This document shows positions 8,601-17,375 of a stretch of DNA of 44,804 nucleotides, one piece after another (within the stretch, counting starts at the first letter, position 1; each line of letters begins with the position of its first letter). Where the stretch lies: the IMG/VR virus record IMGVR_UViG_3300030372_002403, positions 1 to 44,804 of that record; one strand, written 5' to 3'. The DNA is from a virus. Taxonomy: Duplodnaviria; Caudoviricetes. Below the pieces are notes generated by a model. The model was not told the DNA's origin. It saw nothing but the letters and a program-made list of their open reading frames with translations, and did not search any database. Both the position numbers and the translations under genes were made by a program.

Positions 8601-11600
8601 AAATTTTAATCTTTCTACAAGCTCTGTAAGTTCTTGTCTAATTTTTTTAGGTATTTTAGCCATATCAGGTTTACCATGTAAACCTTCATAACCTGTTGTT
8701 GTATCTTTTAATATTGTACCTTCAGGTGTATCTTTTTCTGACATCTGACCTTTTTCAATATTTTTAATAAAAGTTTCATTTACAGGTGTTCTTTCATATG
8801 CTTTATTCATAACTGTAGCATAATCACCTATAAAATCTATAACACTTTGTTGGTCTACACTTCTAGAAGACATCCCTAACTTACTTATTGAGGTGCTTGT
8901 AGTTTTATTTCTAAATGTCCCTAACATTAACATATCAAATAATTTTTGAGCTCTAGGATTAGGTAATGTAGCTTTTATTTGTGCTATTCTAGCATCTACC
9001 TCAGCTTGGTCTAATGTTCTACTTCTTTCTTTTCCTTCAGCCTTTAATTCGCCAAAACTTTTTCTAACTGATGGAGGTATAATATCATCAGTAGCAACTT
9101 CTTCAGGCTTTTCTAAGTCCTTTCTTTGCAAATAACTGTCACGCCTTAATGCGCTAACATCTTTTAAAATTTTACCAAATAAAACTTCACCTATTTCTGC
9201 TCTATCATAGTATCTATATAATTGTCTAAAGGAAACCATATCACTAACATCTTGGGTAAGAATATCTTCTGAAAATTTTAACAACTCTTTTAATTGGTCT
9301 CTTCTATATTGTTCACTTTTTCTTACTAATGCTCTATTTTTCTTTGATATTTTATAGTTCCAAGCATTACCTCTAGCATAAGGACTTCCAGGATATTTCA
9401 TTATTGCATCAAATGTTTTTAAACTTTCTGCAGCTTTATCTAATTGATTTTTATTCCATAAACCACTTCTTATTATAGCGTCTACTAAAGGATTTTTTTC
9501 AACTTTTAAATTTTTTAGTAATTTAGAAAACTCAGGTAATTGGTCTACAATATAGTTATGCTCTTTATACATCCTAAATAAATTAGTTTTATTTATATTT
9601 AGAAATGGACTGTCATATAAGTCTACTTGATTTGCAATTTTGCCCATTTTAGTTAACATAGTGTTTTGAGCAGACTCTAAACCTAAACCATCTTCGTAAT
9701 TTAAATATCTAGTTTTATCTTTTATGCTTTGAGCATCCCAAGACCTGTTGTTTGAAAAATCCCTACTATAAAGCGCAGAGTTAATATCAAACATTTGACC
9801 TATGATACCATTTTTATTTGTTAAAATCTTATAGTTTTCATTATTTAATTTAACTTCTCTTCCATCAATTTTTACTTTAAAATAAGCATTACCTAATTTA
9901 GACACATAATCAGCATAACCTTTTAATCCAGCAACATCTAACGGGTCAGATGTGAATGCAACCATAGAAGACGCTAATTGTCTTGCGTTTTTTAATTCAG
10001 ATTTATTATCTCTTGCTTCTATAGATATTTTTTGTGTATAAGGTTTTTTGCCATAATTAGCTTTTACAGTTATAGTAAATTTATTTTCCTTCTTAGGTAA
10101 TTTTAACATAGAATTATGAGCAGATTTTAATACTTGAGTCATAGTTACTGTTCCACCTAGTAAATCACGACCTTCTACAGCTCTTTGGGATATACCTTCT
10201 CTCCAATTACTATCATATTGCCATACTTTACTATCTCTAGCAACAGGGTCTATACCTGTTTTAACATAATCATCTTGTGTAGTTAAATACTCTTCATAAG
10301 TAATTTTTTCTCCTGGAACAATACCTTCTTTTCTATCAGGTGTACGTCCTGTTTTTGGGTCTAAATACTCGTCTTTATTTTTATGGAAAGTTTCTGTCCA
10401 TTCAGACTTAAAACCATCTCCTTTACCACCTTTTCTTCCACCAAAAAAGATATGTGCCTCATCACCATCAAGGTCAGCACCACCCTCTGCTCTCATAGCT
10501 CTTGAGTGCATTAATATACCATGTCCTTTTCTACCAGTAAATCCAGCAAACTCTAAAGCTTGTGCTCCACTTGTAGAATCCATAGGAACTCTTACTGTTA
10601 AAGCTCTTAAAACTTGCTTAGCATCCATTTTATATTCTTTATCTAAAGGTTTTTTCATTTTACCAGAACCTCTATAAGAATGCCAAAGCTCTTCTAATGT
10701 AGTTTTTTCGAACCCAGGTATATGAGTTCTTAAAGGCATTTTTCTAAATGATTCGTCTAAGAAAAATATATCGTCTCTATTTTCTAAATCTTTAAATTTA
10801 GCATCTCTTTGAAACCATTTGTCAAACCCTCTCATTCTAGCTACACCACTATTTCCTATTTTAGGTTTACTTAAAGATTGAAATACATAGTTTCTTATAA
10901 CTTGGAATCTATAAGGTCTAATATACTTATGTAATAGAACTGTATTTATATTACCAGGTCTTCCTGCTATCTTTTCTGATTGCGACCATTTTTGTGCTGC
11001 ATCAATAATTCTATCTGTAGCGCTATTAAATTCATTTATATTTTCTAATATTTTTTGACCTTCTTGAGCTGTTATATCACCTTCTGCAATTCTTTCAGAT
11101 ACATTTTCTCTATTTATTTTCATTAAACGCATATAAGCTACGTCTGTAAAATCAGTATGCTTTCCATTTATAGCTTGCAATAGATTGTCGATACCTAACT
11201 TATCTACATTTTTTTCTAATAATCTTAATAATTGAGTAGACTTAGGGTTATCCATATATTCTTGAAACGTTTTATTTACAGTAGCATCACCTTCGTATTT
11301 TTTGTAAATAGTCTCATTAAAAAAGTCTTCTATTAATCTCCTAGGAAAAGAATGGTGTGTATTTTGAGCCATTGCCATTAATAACTGTTTAGGAATACCA
11401 TGTTTATGTACACTACCATCAGGATTGTAGCCAGCCATTGTATTAGATTGTTTTACATTGTAACTGTATTTTATATGTTCTAAAGGTAATTCATAAACAA
11501 GGCTAGGGTCTTCTATGTTTAGTTTGTCTTTTGTTAAAGTATAATCAGTAACTTTTCTTTCGCCTCTTTGTTTTACAGCAGAGTCTTGCATAATCATATG

Positions 11601-14546
11601 TAATCCAGCTTCTCTCATCTGTTTAGAAGCAACTTCTCCAGCACTATGCATCATATATTTACCAAGTAAAGCGCCATTTGTAGCATCAGGACTAACAATA
11701 AATGATTTACTTTGCCCTTCTCCTGGCATGCCACTATCTTTTATTAAAGATTTTAAATAACCATCCTCTACTATAATCATACCATCAACATGTTCACCAT
11801 GTTCTGTATTTTTACTATTTTTATCTAAAAGCTTTATTCTTTTTAGCTTATTATTTACTAATGAAAATAATTTAGGGTCTAAATCTCTTGCTATTATATA
11901 TCTAGCTACACCGTTTTTAGATGCGTCTTTAAATTCTGTTGAATATTTTGATGAATCTTTTATTGTTTTTAAATATTTAGAGTAAGAATCTCCTACAAAT
12001 TTTTTATCTGCCCTCCAGGTAGGTGTAAACCATATTTGGTTTCTTTTATTCCAAGCTGTAGCATTTTTAATGTAACCATCATTTTCAAATAACTTTTTTA
12101 AATCCCTATAGTATTCTTTAGCAGTTTTTGGTTTAAAACCATTTAAAGATAAATCCCACATAATATTGCTTAGATATTGGTCTTTAGCCTCTGTTTCTGA
12201 AAAGTTTTTATTTCTTCTTATAGCCATATTATAAAAGTCTCTATTTAAGTAACCTTTTTTACCAGAAGGTTTACTTAAAAAGTTATCTAAATACTGACCT
12301 ATGTACGCTTTTGATGCTCCTTTAGCCATGTCAGGGTGTTTTTTGATATATATAATAGTATCATTATCTCCTTTACCTCCAAAAGGATAATAACCTTCTT
12401 TTAGCATATTGTTATGCATTTCTTTTATAAATTTCTGATAAGCTTTAACGCCTCCCTCATCTGATTTATTTTTTGCTATAAGATATTTTCTATACTGATT
12501 TATTCCCATATCAACGAATCTACCCTTTTCAGCCACAGTAACATTGTCAAATATAAAATGAGAATCTTCTTTAGTTCCAGGAACTAACTCTTCTAAAACT
12601 CTTTGTATTTCTTTTTTAGACTCTATGTTCTGTATTCTATTTCCAGCTAAGGTAAAGTTATCTTCTCCTCTTACTTTATTACTTACTACTTTACCATCTT
12701 TATCAGCAGAAACATTTCTATATTTTACTGGTTCGCCAAAGTTTTTACGAGTTAACCATTGTCTGAAGTTGTTTACAGTTTCAGCATCTATTTTACTTCT
12801 AATATCTATATTTTCTTTTATCTTAAACTCATTTACTATATCTTCTACAAGCTCTTTAGTATTAACTCTTTGACCTTTTCTCATATACTTTTCACCCTTA
12901 ATAATAGTGTCAAGCATATCAGTTAATCGTATAACCTCATTTCTTTTTGTGTTAGGACTAGTTTTAGGTTTGTCCCACACTTCTGATAATTTGTCTTGAA
13001 CAAATATTTCAGATTTTCTATATAAGTCCATACTAGAAGTCATACCAATATCATTTCCATCATTAGTTCTTGGTTCTACTTCTATTTCACCACTTTCTTT
13101 ATCAATAAATTGACCAGGTTCAAGCTCTAGTAAGCCTCTTTCACTTTCGTTTAAATCAGCAAGGTCACCTTCTAACTTCTTTATATTTTCTTCAGCTAAT
13201 AATCTTTCAGCGCCTTCTTTTTTATCAAGCTCTAGCTTCTCTTTGTTTAGTTTGTCTACAAGGATTTTTTTGTCTTCAAATATTTTGTTTAAGTCTTTTT
13301 TAGTCTCAGTTGCTAAACCTACATTTTGCTCTTTAAAAACGCCTGATTGAACTCTTTTGACAAACTCAGCCCAACCTTTATCTGTTAATGTAGTTTTACT
13401 TGGCTCTATACCTAATCCTTTGGCAACAAATTCTTGAAATGCTGTTCTAGCTTCAAATCCACCAGCTTTTACAACGTCAGGGTCATAATGAATACTAGGC
13501 TTACCATTGTCATATTTATCATTTGTCATCATTTCTATGACTTCTTTTTTAACTTCTGGGTCTAAATTTTTCCATTCTTTTACAAGACTAGGGTCATTAG
13601 TAGCTCTTAATTTAGGGTCACCTTTTTTACCACCTGAGCCAGTAGCTTGTTTTTCTTTAGCGACCATAAACTTTTGAGCTCCTTGCTGCTTCCAGCCTGT
13701 AGCTCCACCACCAAAATAAGCACCAAGTAAATACTCATAAACTTGTTCAGGAGTAGTCGCTCCTCTTTGCGTAGCAGGTAATCCTTGGAATATAGAACCA
13801 GATATAGCTCTTAAAGCATAACTACCAGCACCTTTTCCAGGTATCATATTTCCTAGAGCACCAAAAGCTGCTCCAAACTTTGCTCCACCTACACCAGCTT
13901 CTATCATACCATCAACGCCTTGTTTCCAGTTACTTACTGCACTAGCAACACCAAGCTTCATACCTTCATCTATTACACTTTTTGTAGCCCCACTAGTTAA
14001 AAACTTTGCTACAACTCCAGTAGCGTCACTTCTTCTTCCTATTGCTTGCCTTATAATAGGGCTTACAGCTTTTCTTGCTTTTTTGGTAGCATATTCTCCA
14101 ATACCTAAAGGTACAGATTTTATACCACCTAAAACATTAGCTGCTCTATTTGCTCCTAATAACTTTAATGGTTTAGCTGCCATGCCTGGAGCGAATCCAA
14201 GTAAATGGCCTACGTTACGAGCTATTGCTTCATATTCATTGTCAGGTGGGTCTACTACACTAAATGTAGTAAAACCTTCTAATGCACCGCCCAAAAATTG
14301 CTTTAATGCATCAGATATACTAAAATCACCTGCATAAAATCCAACATTATGATAAATAGCATGCTTTTTTATTTGTTCGATTTGCTCTTTATTAAAAGCT
14401 CTAGGGTTATTTTTATAACCTCTTATTATTGATTGTAATTGTGTTTTAGAATACCTAGGATTAAACTGTTCAGATACAGTTGCTTTATCTCCTTGAGGTT
14501 CTTCTTGAGGATAGTAGTCGTATAAACCGTAAGGGTTTACAGCCAT
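5622..14546 (-). CDS. Giant (2974 aa) putative virion-packaged two-barrel RNA polymerase / ejection protein
   Basis: LTVRVP (R1319) followed by GGADLDGD (D1358-D1362, nt 10461-10475); upstream HVDG, LLGK and DSAVK motifs; Gly/Ala-rich N-terminus; last gene of the virion module. Confidence 0.8.
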   Translation of the reverse strand: MAVNPYGLYDYYPQEEPQGDKATVSEQFNPRYSKTQLQSIIRGYKNNPRAFNKEQIEQIKKHAIYHNVGFYAGDFSISDALKQFLGGALEGFTTFSVVDPPDNEYEAIARNVGHLLGFAPGMAAKPLKLLGANRAANVLGGIKSVPLGIGEYATKKARKAVSPIIRQAIGRRSDATGVVAKFLTSGATKSVIDEGMKLGVASAVSNWKQGVDGMIEAGVGGAKFGAAFGALGNMIPGKGAGSYALRAISGSIFQGLPATQRGATTPEQVYEYLLGAYFGGGATGWKQQGAQKFMVAKEKQATGSGGKKGDPKLRATNDPSLVKEWKNLDPEVKKEVIEMMTNDKYDNGKPSIHYDPDVVKAGGFEARTAFQEFVAKGLGIEPSKTTLTDKGWAEFVKRVQSGVFKEQNVGLATETKKDLNKIFEDKKILVDKLNKEKLELDKKEGAERLLAEENIKKLEGDLADLNESERGLLELEPGQFIDKESGEIEVEPRTNDGNDIGMTSSMDLYRKSEIFVQDKLSEVWDKPKTSPNTKRNEVIRLTDMLDTIIKGEKYMRKGQRVNTKELVEDIVNEFKIKENIDIRSKIDAETVNNFRQWLTRKNFGEPVKYRNVSADKDGKVVSNKVRGEDNFTLAGNRIQNIESKKEIQRVLEELVPGTKEDSHFIFDNVTVAEKGRFVDMGINQYRKYLIAKNKSDEGGVKAYQKFIKEMHNNMLKEGYYPFGGKGDNDTIIYIKKHPDMAKGASKAYIGQYLDNFLSKPSGKKGYLNRDFYNMAIRRNKNFSETEAKDQYLSNIMWDLSLNGFKPKTAKEYYRDLKKLFENDGYIKNATAWNKRNQIWFTPTWRADKKFVGDSYSKYLKTIKDSSKYSTEFKDASKNGVARYIIARDLDPKLFSLVNNKLKRIKLLDKNSKNTEHGEHVDGMIIVEDGYLKSLIKDSGMPGEGQSKSFIVSPDATNGALLGKYMMHSAGEVASKQMREAGLHMIMQDSAVKQRGERKVTDYTLTKDKLNIEDPSLVYELPLEHIKYSYNVKQSNTMAGYNPDGSVHKHGIPKQLLMAMAQNTHHSFPRRLIEDFFNETIYKKYEGDATVNKTFQEYMDNPKSTQLLRLLEKNVDKLGIDNLLQAINGKHTDFTDVAYMRLMKINRENVSERIAEGDITAQEGQKILENINEFNSATDRIIDAAQKWSQSEKIAGRPGNINTVLLHKYIRPYRFQVIRNYVFQSLSKPKIGNSGVARMRGFDKWFQRDAKFKDLENRDDIFFLDESFRKMPLRTHIPGFEKTTLEELWHSYRGSGKMKKPLDKEYKMDAKQVLRALTVRVPMDSTSGAQALEFAGFTGRKGHGILMHSRAMRAEGGADLDGDEAHIFFGGRKGGKGDGFKSEWTETFHKNKDEYLDPKTGRTPDRKEGIVPGEKITYEEYLTTQDDYVKTGIDPVARDSKVWQYDSNWREGISQRAVEGRDLLGGTVTMTQVLKSAHNSMLKLPKKENKFTITVKANYGKKPYTQKISIEARDNKSELKNARQLASSMVAFTSDPLDVAGLKGYADYVSKLGNAYFKVKIDGREVKLNNENYKILTNKNGIIGQMFDINSALYSRDFSNNRSWDAQSIKDKTRYLNYEDGLGLESAQNTMLTKMGKIANQVDLYDSPFLNINKTNLFRMYKEHNYIVDQLPEFSKLLKNLKVEKNPLVDAIIRSGLWNKNQLDKAAESLKTFDAIMKYPGSPYARGNAWNYKISKKNRALVRKSEQYRRDQLKELLKFSEDILTQDVSDMVSFRQLYRYYDRAEIGEVLFGKILKDVSALRRDSYLQRKDLEKPEEVATDDIIPPSVRKSFGELKAEGKERSRTLDQAEVDARIAQIKATLPNPRAQKLFDMLMLGTFRNKTTSTSISKLGMSSRSVDQQSVIDFIGDYATVMNKAYERTPVNETFIKNIEKGQMSEKDTPEGTILKDTTTGYEGLHGKPDMAKIPKKIRQELTELVERLKFYNGKVGQNLNEITRAVIGKDFNAMQYKNFVDLNNYFKEVQRGTVAQRIFGDFRKAPKDLKSFDRKENVSGMKAPLINKRNSWLFPLTLNRETMHYDIELLQKRGLFVTKDGKVVEGDIQVPSNFTERLQHDVTMNLDKAQAKGEEMVGMLREKLEFIDALEDGESLRRIAVRKIERDGNVSKNLHSDKVLSKNWARNYLKEYDREVITTDYNQLRNNTYRINETINGVVKRREYTGEQIVEKITDVYKNHFKDMYRIISGNKELLDSYHLRNKKGEKLYWDIKDFHKYDRTKPEEPVYDYRRFVNDIRKAYERGEDITTEFGIDGLRQIARSMMIKLHNKRMQVFKSRAKLRKELLLPKDTGEIAEGYWPHMFFDKNMATKALKEALETINKSNISKSDKEAEINKIQWRHKTLTGDWITGLENWEAYENAVDPLKIQAKSDKVTWFQANQMTGAMHQRTTHIPGWSIDATVPEAYSRNVFNTYYKQLAQIMSRDILVDFDQQAFAKGWHKIQFDPKTGRSLKDRWLDHYKLYVQDAMGHPSIIPDYMINDPGMKLKGTPYAWWADNKVKDKVNKIAKKLGVKEDLPGIEKFSVADITRWSNLEAKYELATLLAHPKSMINNLFGGSLHTIQSAGAKSLRKVYDYNFLRTINPDWTNKQAVLDFIKKQGVFPEMLQNEWGMQKELQSVNTKRFLKEVGRKLNKDGEIEPKSFKELAKEYKITEPIFKTAAKFMSKPEMTLRKDAFMTHYIKAWERFGGAITQFDHPFLIEMAKKGVKATQFLYSAPYRPGFARTALGKIMTRFQLWSWNAARFRNDVIREARIRGYREGTPEYQKFKRTMQIDLLVYALGSVFTMSLFDLAIPAPLNHFKETSEWIFGDEKERQRAFWGTYPTAIAPLQMITPPIARAPMSILKTLTDDNYDKFLDYHIYTMFPFGRIVRDIAPFAKGNIIDNPYRTVEKFTGIPYGDIQRERRKLKEQQAYHPVYRTAIED

Positions 14547-14549
14547 AGA

Positions 14550-15545
14550 TTACTCCTGATTAGTGATGCTTGTGCCTATGTCTTTTGCCATATTTAAATA
14601 AACTGCAGCATTTAAAATTTGACCTACAGGGACACCCTTAATTTTAAGATTTTTAATTTTATTTAAAGTTTTTGAAGCTTTAGATTTTAAAGTCGGTTTA
14701 GCTTTAGGTTTAGATAAATCTTTAGCCATTTCTTTTAATTGGTCTGAAGTTATATTCTTTTTAATTATATCTTTATTTTGCGTTTTTATCCACTTATTAA
14801 AATTTAAAGTCTTTTTTCCTTCTCTTCTTGTTTTATATACCGCATAAAGTTTTCTATAATGTTCATTTAATTTTGCAGTTGGAACTTTAACACCATTTAT
14901 AGTAGTTGTTTTAGGTCCACTAACTTTTGGTTTAGGTGTACCTTTACCTGTTAAATCTTTAGCTTTATTTATAAGCGCTTTACCACCTTTATAAGCACCA
15001 ACAACACCACCACCTGCAAGTAATGCCGATGTAAGCTTAGGATAATCACCTATAAGTTCGTTTATATCTTTTCCAAACTCTTCCCAAGACTGTGTTACAG
15101 TTGGTTTAGTTTGAAGATAAGGAGCTAATATTGATTGTGTTTCTGGACTACCACTAAGAAAAAGATTTTGCAATCTTTTAAGGCCTTCTGGGTCGTCTGC
15201 TAAAGAGGCTTTAACATCTCTATCTTTAAAACCTAAAGCTTTTGCTGTGTTAATTATTTTTTCTATTTTTTGATTATCAAAGTCTTTAGTCATAGCATAG
15301 TTTTCACTAAACTGCGTATAGCTAGGATGAATACCTTTTGCTTCAGCTGCTGCAACATATTCATTCCAAAGTGAATCTTTATTTTGCAAACTTCCAGAAG
15401 GCAGTATAATTCTTTTGTTTTTAATATCAACATTTCCAGAATCAGCCTTTACATTATTACCAACAGTCGACCAAAACGCTTCTTCTAGTCTTTGTTTTCT
15501 TAAATCTCTATAGCTTTGTAAATCTGCTTTTGCGTCTTCAAACAT
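14550..15545 (-). CDS. Putative internal virion/ejection protein with a Lys-rich C-terminus
   Basis: Directly upstream of the giant RNAP-like gene; hydrophobic LTSALLAGGGVVGAY segment; basic tail. Confidence 0.5.
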   Translation of the reverse strand: MFEDAKADLQSYRDLRKQRLEEAFWSTVGNNVKADSGNVDIKNKRIILPSGSLQNKDSLWNEYVAAAEAKGIHPSYTQFSENYAMTKDFDNQKIEKIINTAKALGFKDRDVKASLADDPEGLKRLQNLFLSGSPETQSILAPYLQTKPTVTQSWEEFGKDINELIGDYPKLTSALLAGGGVVGAYKGGKALINKAKDLTGKGTPKPKVSGPKTTTINGVKVPTAKLNEHYRKLYAVYKTRREGKKTLNFNKWIKTQNKDIIKKNITSDQLKEMAKDLSKPKAKPTLKSKASKTLNKIKNLKIKGVPVGQILNAAVYLNMAKDIGTSITNQE

Positions 15546-15547
15546 TA

Positions 15548-16576
15548 TTATTCTCCATAAAGTGGGCCAGCTCCTACAGGAAATATTTGTATACCATTGC
15601 CATCACCTAAATCTACTTCATAAGTTTCACCATCATTGCTAAACATTTGTGCATTAGGGTACATTTGTTTAAAAGATTGCATATTATTTTGCGAAGGCTG
15701 TTGAGGTAACATACTAGGTGGTAACATACTATCGTCACTAAATCCTTCTCCAGTCATTTCTGGAAAACCTGTATTTATTGTATCATCATAAGCCCAATTG
15801 TTTTTGTCGTACCAATTTTTTCTTTGCCCACCTGTTAATCCTGCTGGACTAGACTGGTCTAAATAAGCTTGATTAGTTTGTATTTGTGATGGACCTGCAC
15901 CTAAAGGCGCAGCATCATCAATAGGAGCTGCAGGTTGATTATACATATCTGCACCTGTTGTCATACCACCACCACCTTCAAGTGTGTTTCCTTGATTAAC
16001 AATTTCTCCATCTTTATATATATTTGGCTTTCTGTGAGGTAATGGCTTAGGCATCATTCCTGCTACACCTCCTGCTAAATCTTTATACATTTGTCCACCT
16101 TTTGGGAATAACATACCTAATAAACCTTTTTTAGGTTCTCGTTCAGCAGTTTCTTGAGTCTGGTAATACTCTTCTTCTGTCATACTCTCATTTGGAAGAG
16201 CAGTAGAATCCATACCTGATTGGTAACCCATTTTTGCAGAATCTCCAACATCTTTTACTCTTCCAAAACGCCTACCTTCAACACCACCTTGAAAAATTCC
16301 TTTATCATCTGTCATTGATTTGTTAATATTTCCTGGTATATTTTTGACAAAATCCATTAACCCTTTTCTTCTTGCTTTTCTTTTCTCTTTTCTAGCCGCT
16401 CTTCTTTGTTGTCTGTCAAATTTTCTAGCCGCCCTTTCTTCACTATCGCCTGATAAAAAATTCTTTATATTTCCAATATTTTCACCAGTAAAGCTTCCAA
16501 GTTTAAAAGCCGCATCATTAAACATATTTTGTCTTTGTAAGTTTCTTGCTAGTAGTGGGTCAAAATTAATTGCCAT
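15548..16576 (-). CDS. Putative internal virion protein, low-complexity (G/M/Q/P-rich)
   Basis: Composition and operon position. Confidence 0.45.
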   Translation of the reverse strand: MAINFDPLLARNLQRQNMFNDAAFKLGSFTGENIGNIKNFLSGDSEERAARKFDRQQRRAARKEKRKARRKGLMDFVKNIPGNINKSMTDDKGIFQGGVEGRRFGRVKDVGDSAKMGYQSGMDSTALPNESMTEEEYYQTQETAEREPKKGLLGMLFPKGGQMYKDLAGGVAGMMPKPLPHRKPNIYKDGEIVNQGNTLEGGGGMTTGADMYNQPAAPIDDAAPLGAGPSQIQTNQAYLDQSSPAGLTGGQRKNWYDKNNWAYDDTINTGFPEMTGEGFSDDSMLPPSMLPQQPSQNNMQSFKQMYPNAQMFSNDGETYEVDLGDGNGIQIFPVGAGPLYGE

Positions 16577-16592
16577 TTTTAAATCCTATCCT

Positions 16593-17297
16593 TTATTTGT
16601 TCATAAAATAATCTAGTAAACCAGCACCCATAGTGCCCATTGCATCACCAGCAGTTATAGGTAAATTAGCTAAATCTCTTTGAGTTTTATATTCACCCAT
16701 TTGTTGGTAGTTTCCAGCAACTCCTGATAATGCGTTAAAACCTTGCTGCATATTATTAGAAAACATATTTTGCACTTTAGTTTCTAAGTCTGACCTAAGT
16801 CTATTTTGGTTAGCTACACTTTGTGCGTCTTTTATACCACTGTAACCAGTAAAACCACCTTGTGCTTGATTTCTATTATTTAACATATTAGTGAAAGCCA
16901 TATTATCATAGCCCATATTTTTAATTCTTTGAGCCTGGTCTAAATTATAAGAAGAGTCTGGGTCAACCATTGCATTAGCAATACCTTCTTGTTTTTTTGT
17001 AATATTCATATAAGGTGCCATATTAGACTCTAAATTTCCAGTATTTTTACCAGATTTTTGTGATATATATTGATTAAGTAAAGGGCCTCCCACAGAAATT
17101 AAGCCTGCTGCAAGCTGCCCCATCCAATATTCTTTTTTACCAGTTTTAGGATTTGTCGTTCCCGAACCAACTGCTTTAGTTGCCAACTCTCCTAAAGGTC
17201 CAAATTTATCTATCCAATGAGCTTCTATATTATTAACGTGAGATGGCTCTCCATCTACGTTTCTTATTTTAGTATCTCCAAACCTACCACCGTACAT
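16593..17297 (-). CDS. Putative ejection/pilot protein
   Basis: HVN..EA...GSGTTNPKTG..EY motif recalled from podovirus internal proteins, followed by a Gly/Ala-rich hydrophobic segment and Q/N-rich helices. Confidence 0.55.
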   Translation of the reverse strand: MYGGRFGDTKIRNVDGEPSHVNNIEAHWIDKFGPLGELATKAVGSGTTNPKTGKKEYWMGQLAAGLISVGGPLLNQYISQKSGKNTGNLESNMAPYMNITKKQEGIANAMVDPDSSYNLDQAQRIKNMGYDNMAFTNMLNNRNQAQGGFTGYSGIKDAQSVANQNRLRSDLETKVQNMFSNNMQQGFNALSGVAGNYQQMGEYKTQRDLANLPITAGDAMGTMGAGLLDYFMNK

Positions 17298-17320
17298 ATA
17301 TAACCCTTTTTATAATAGTT

Positions 17321-17360
17321 TTCATCAATTTAATATACCACCTTTGCATAAATTATGCAA
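17321..17360 (-). promoter_or_regulatory. Late promoter 3 (ejection/RNAP operon)
   Basis: TTGCAT-17 nt-TATATT followed by AAATTGATGAA. Confidence 0.7.
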
Positions 17361-17375
17361 GGCTTTTTATTGTAT

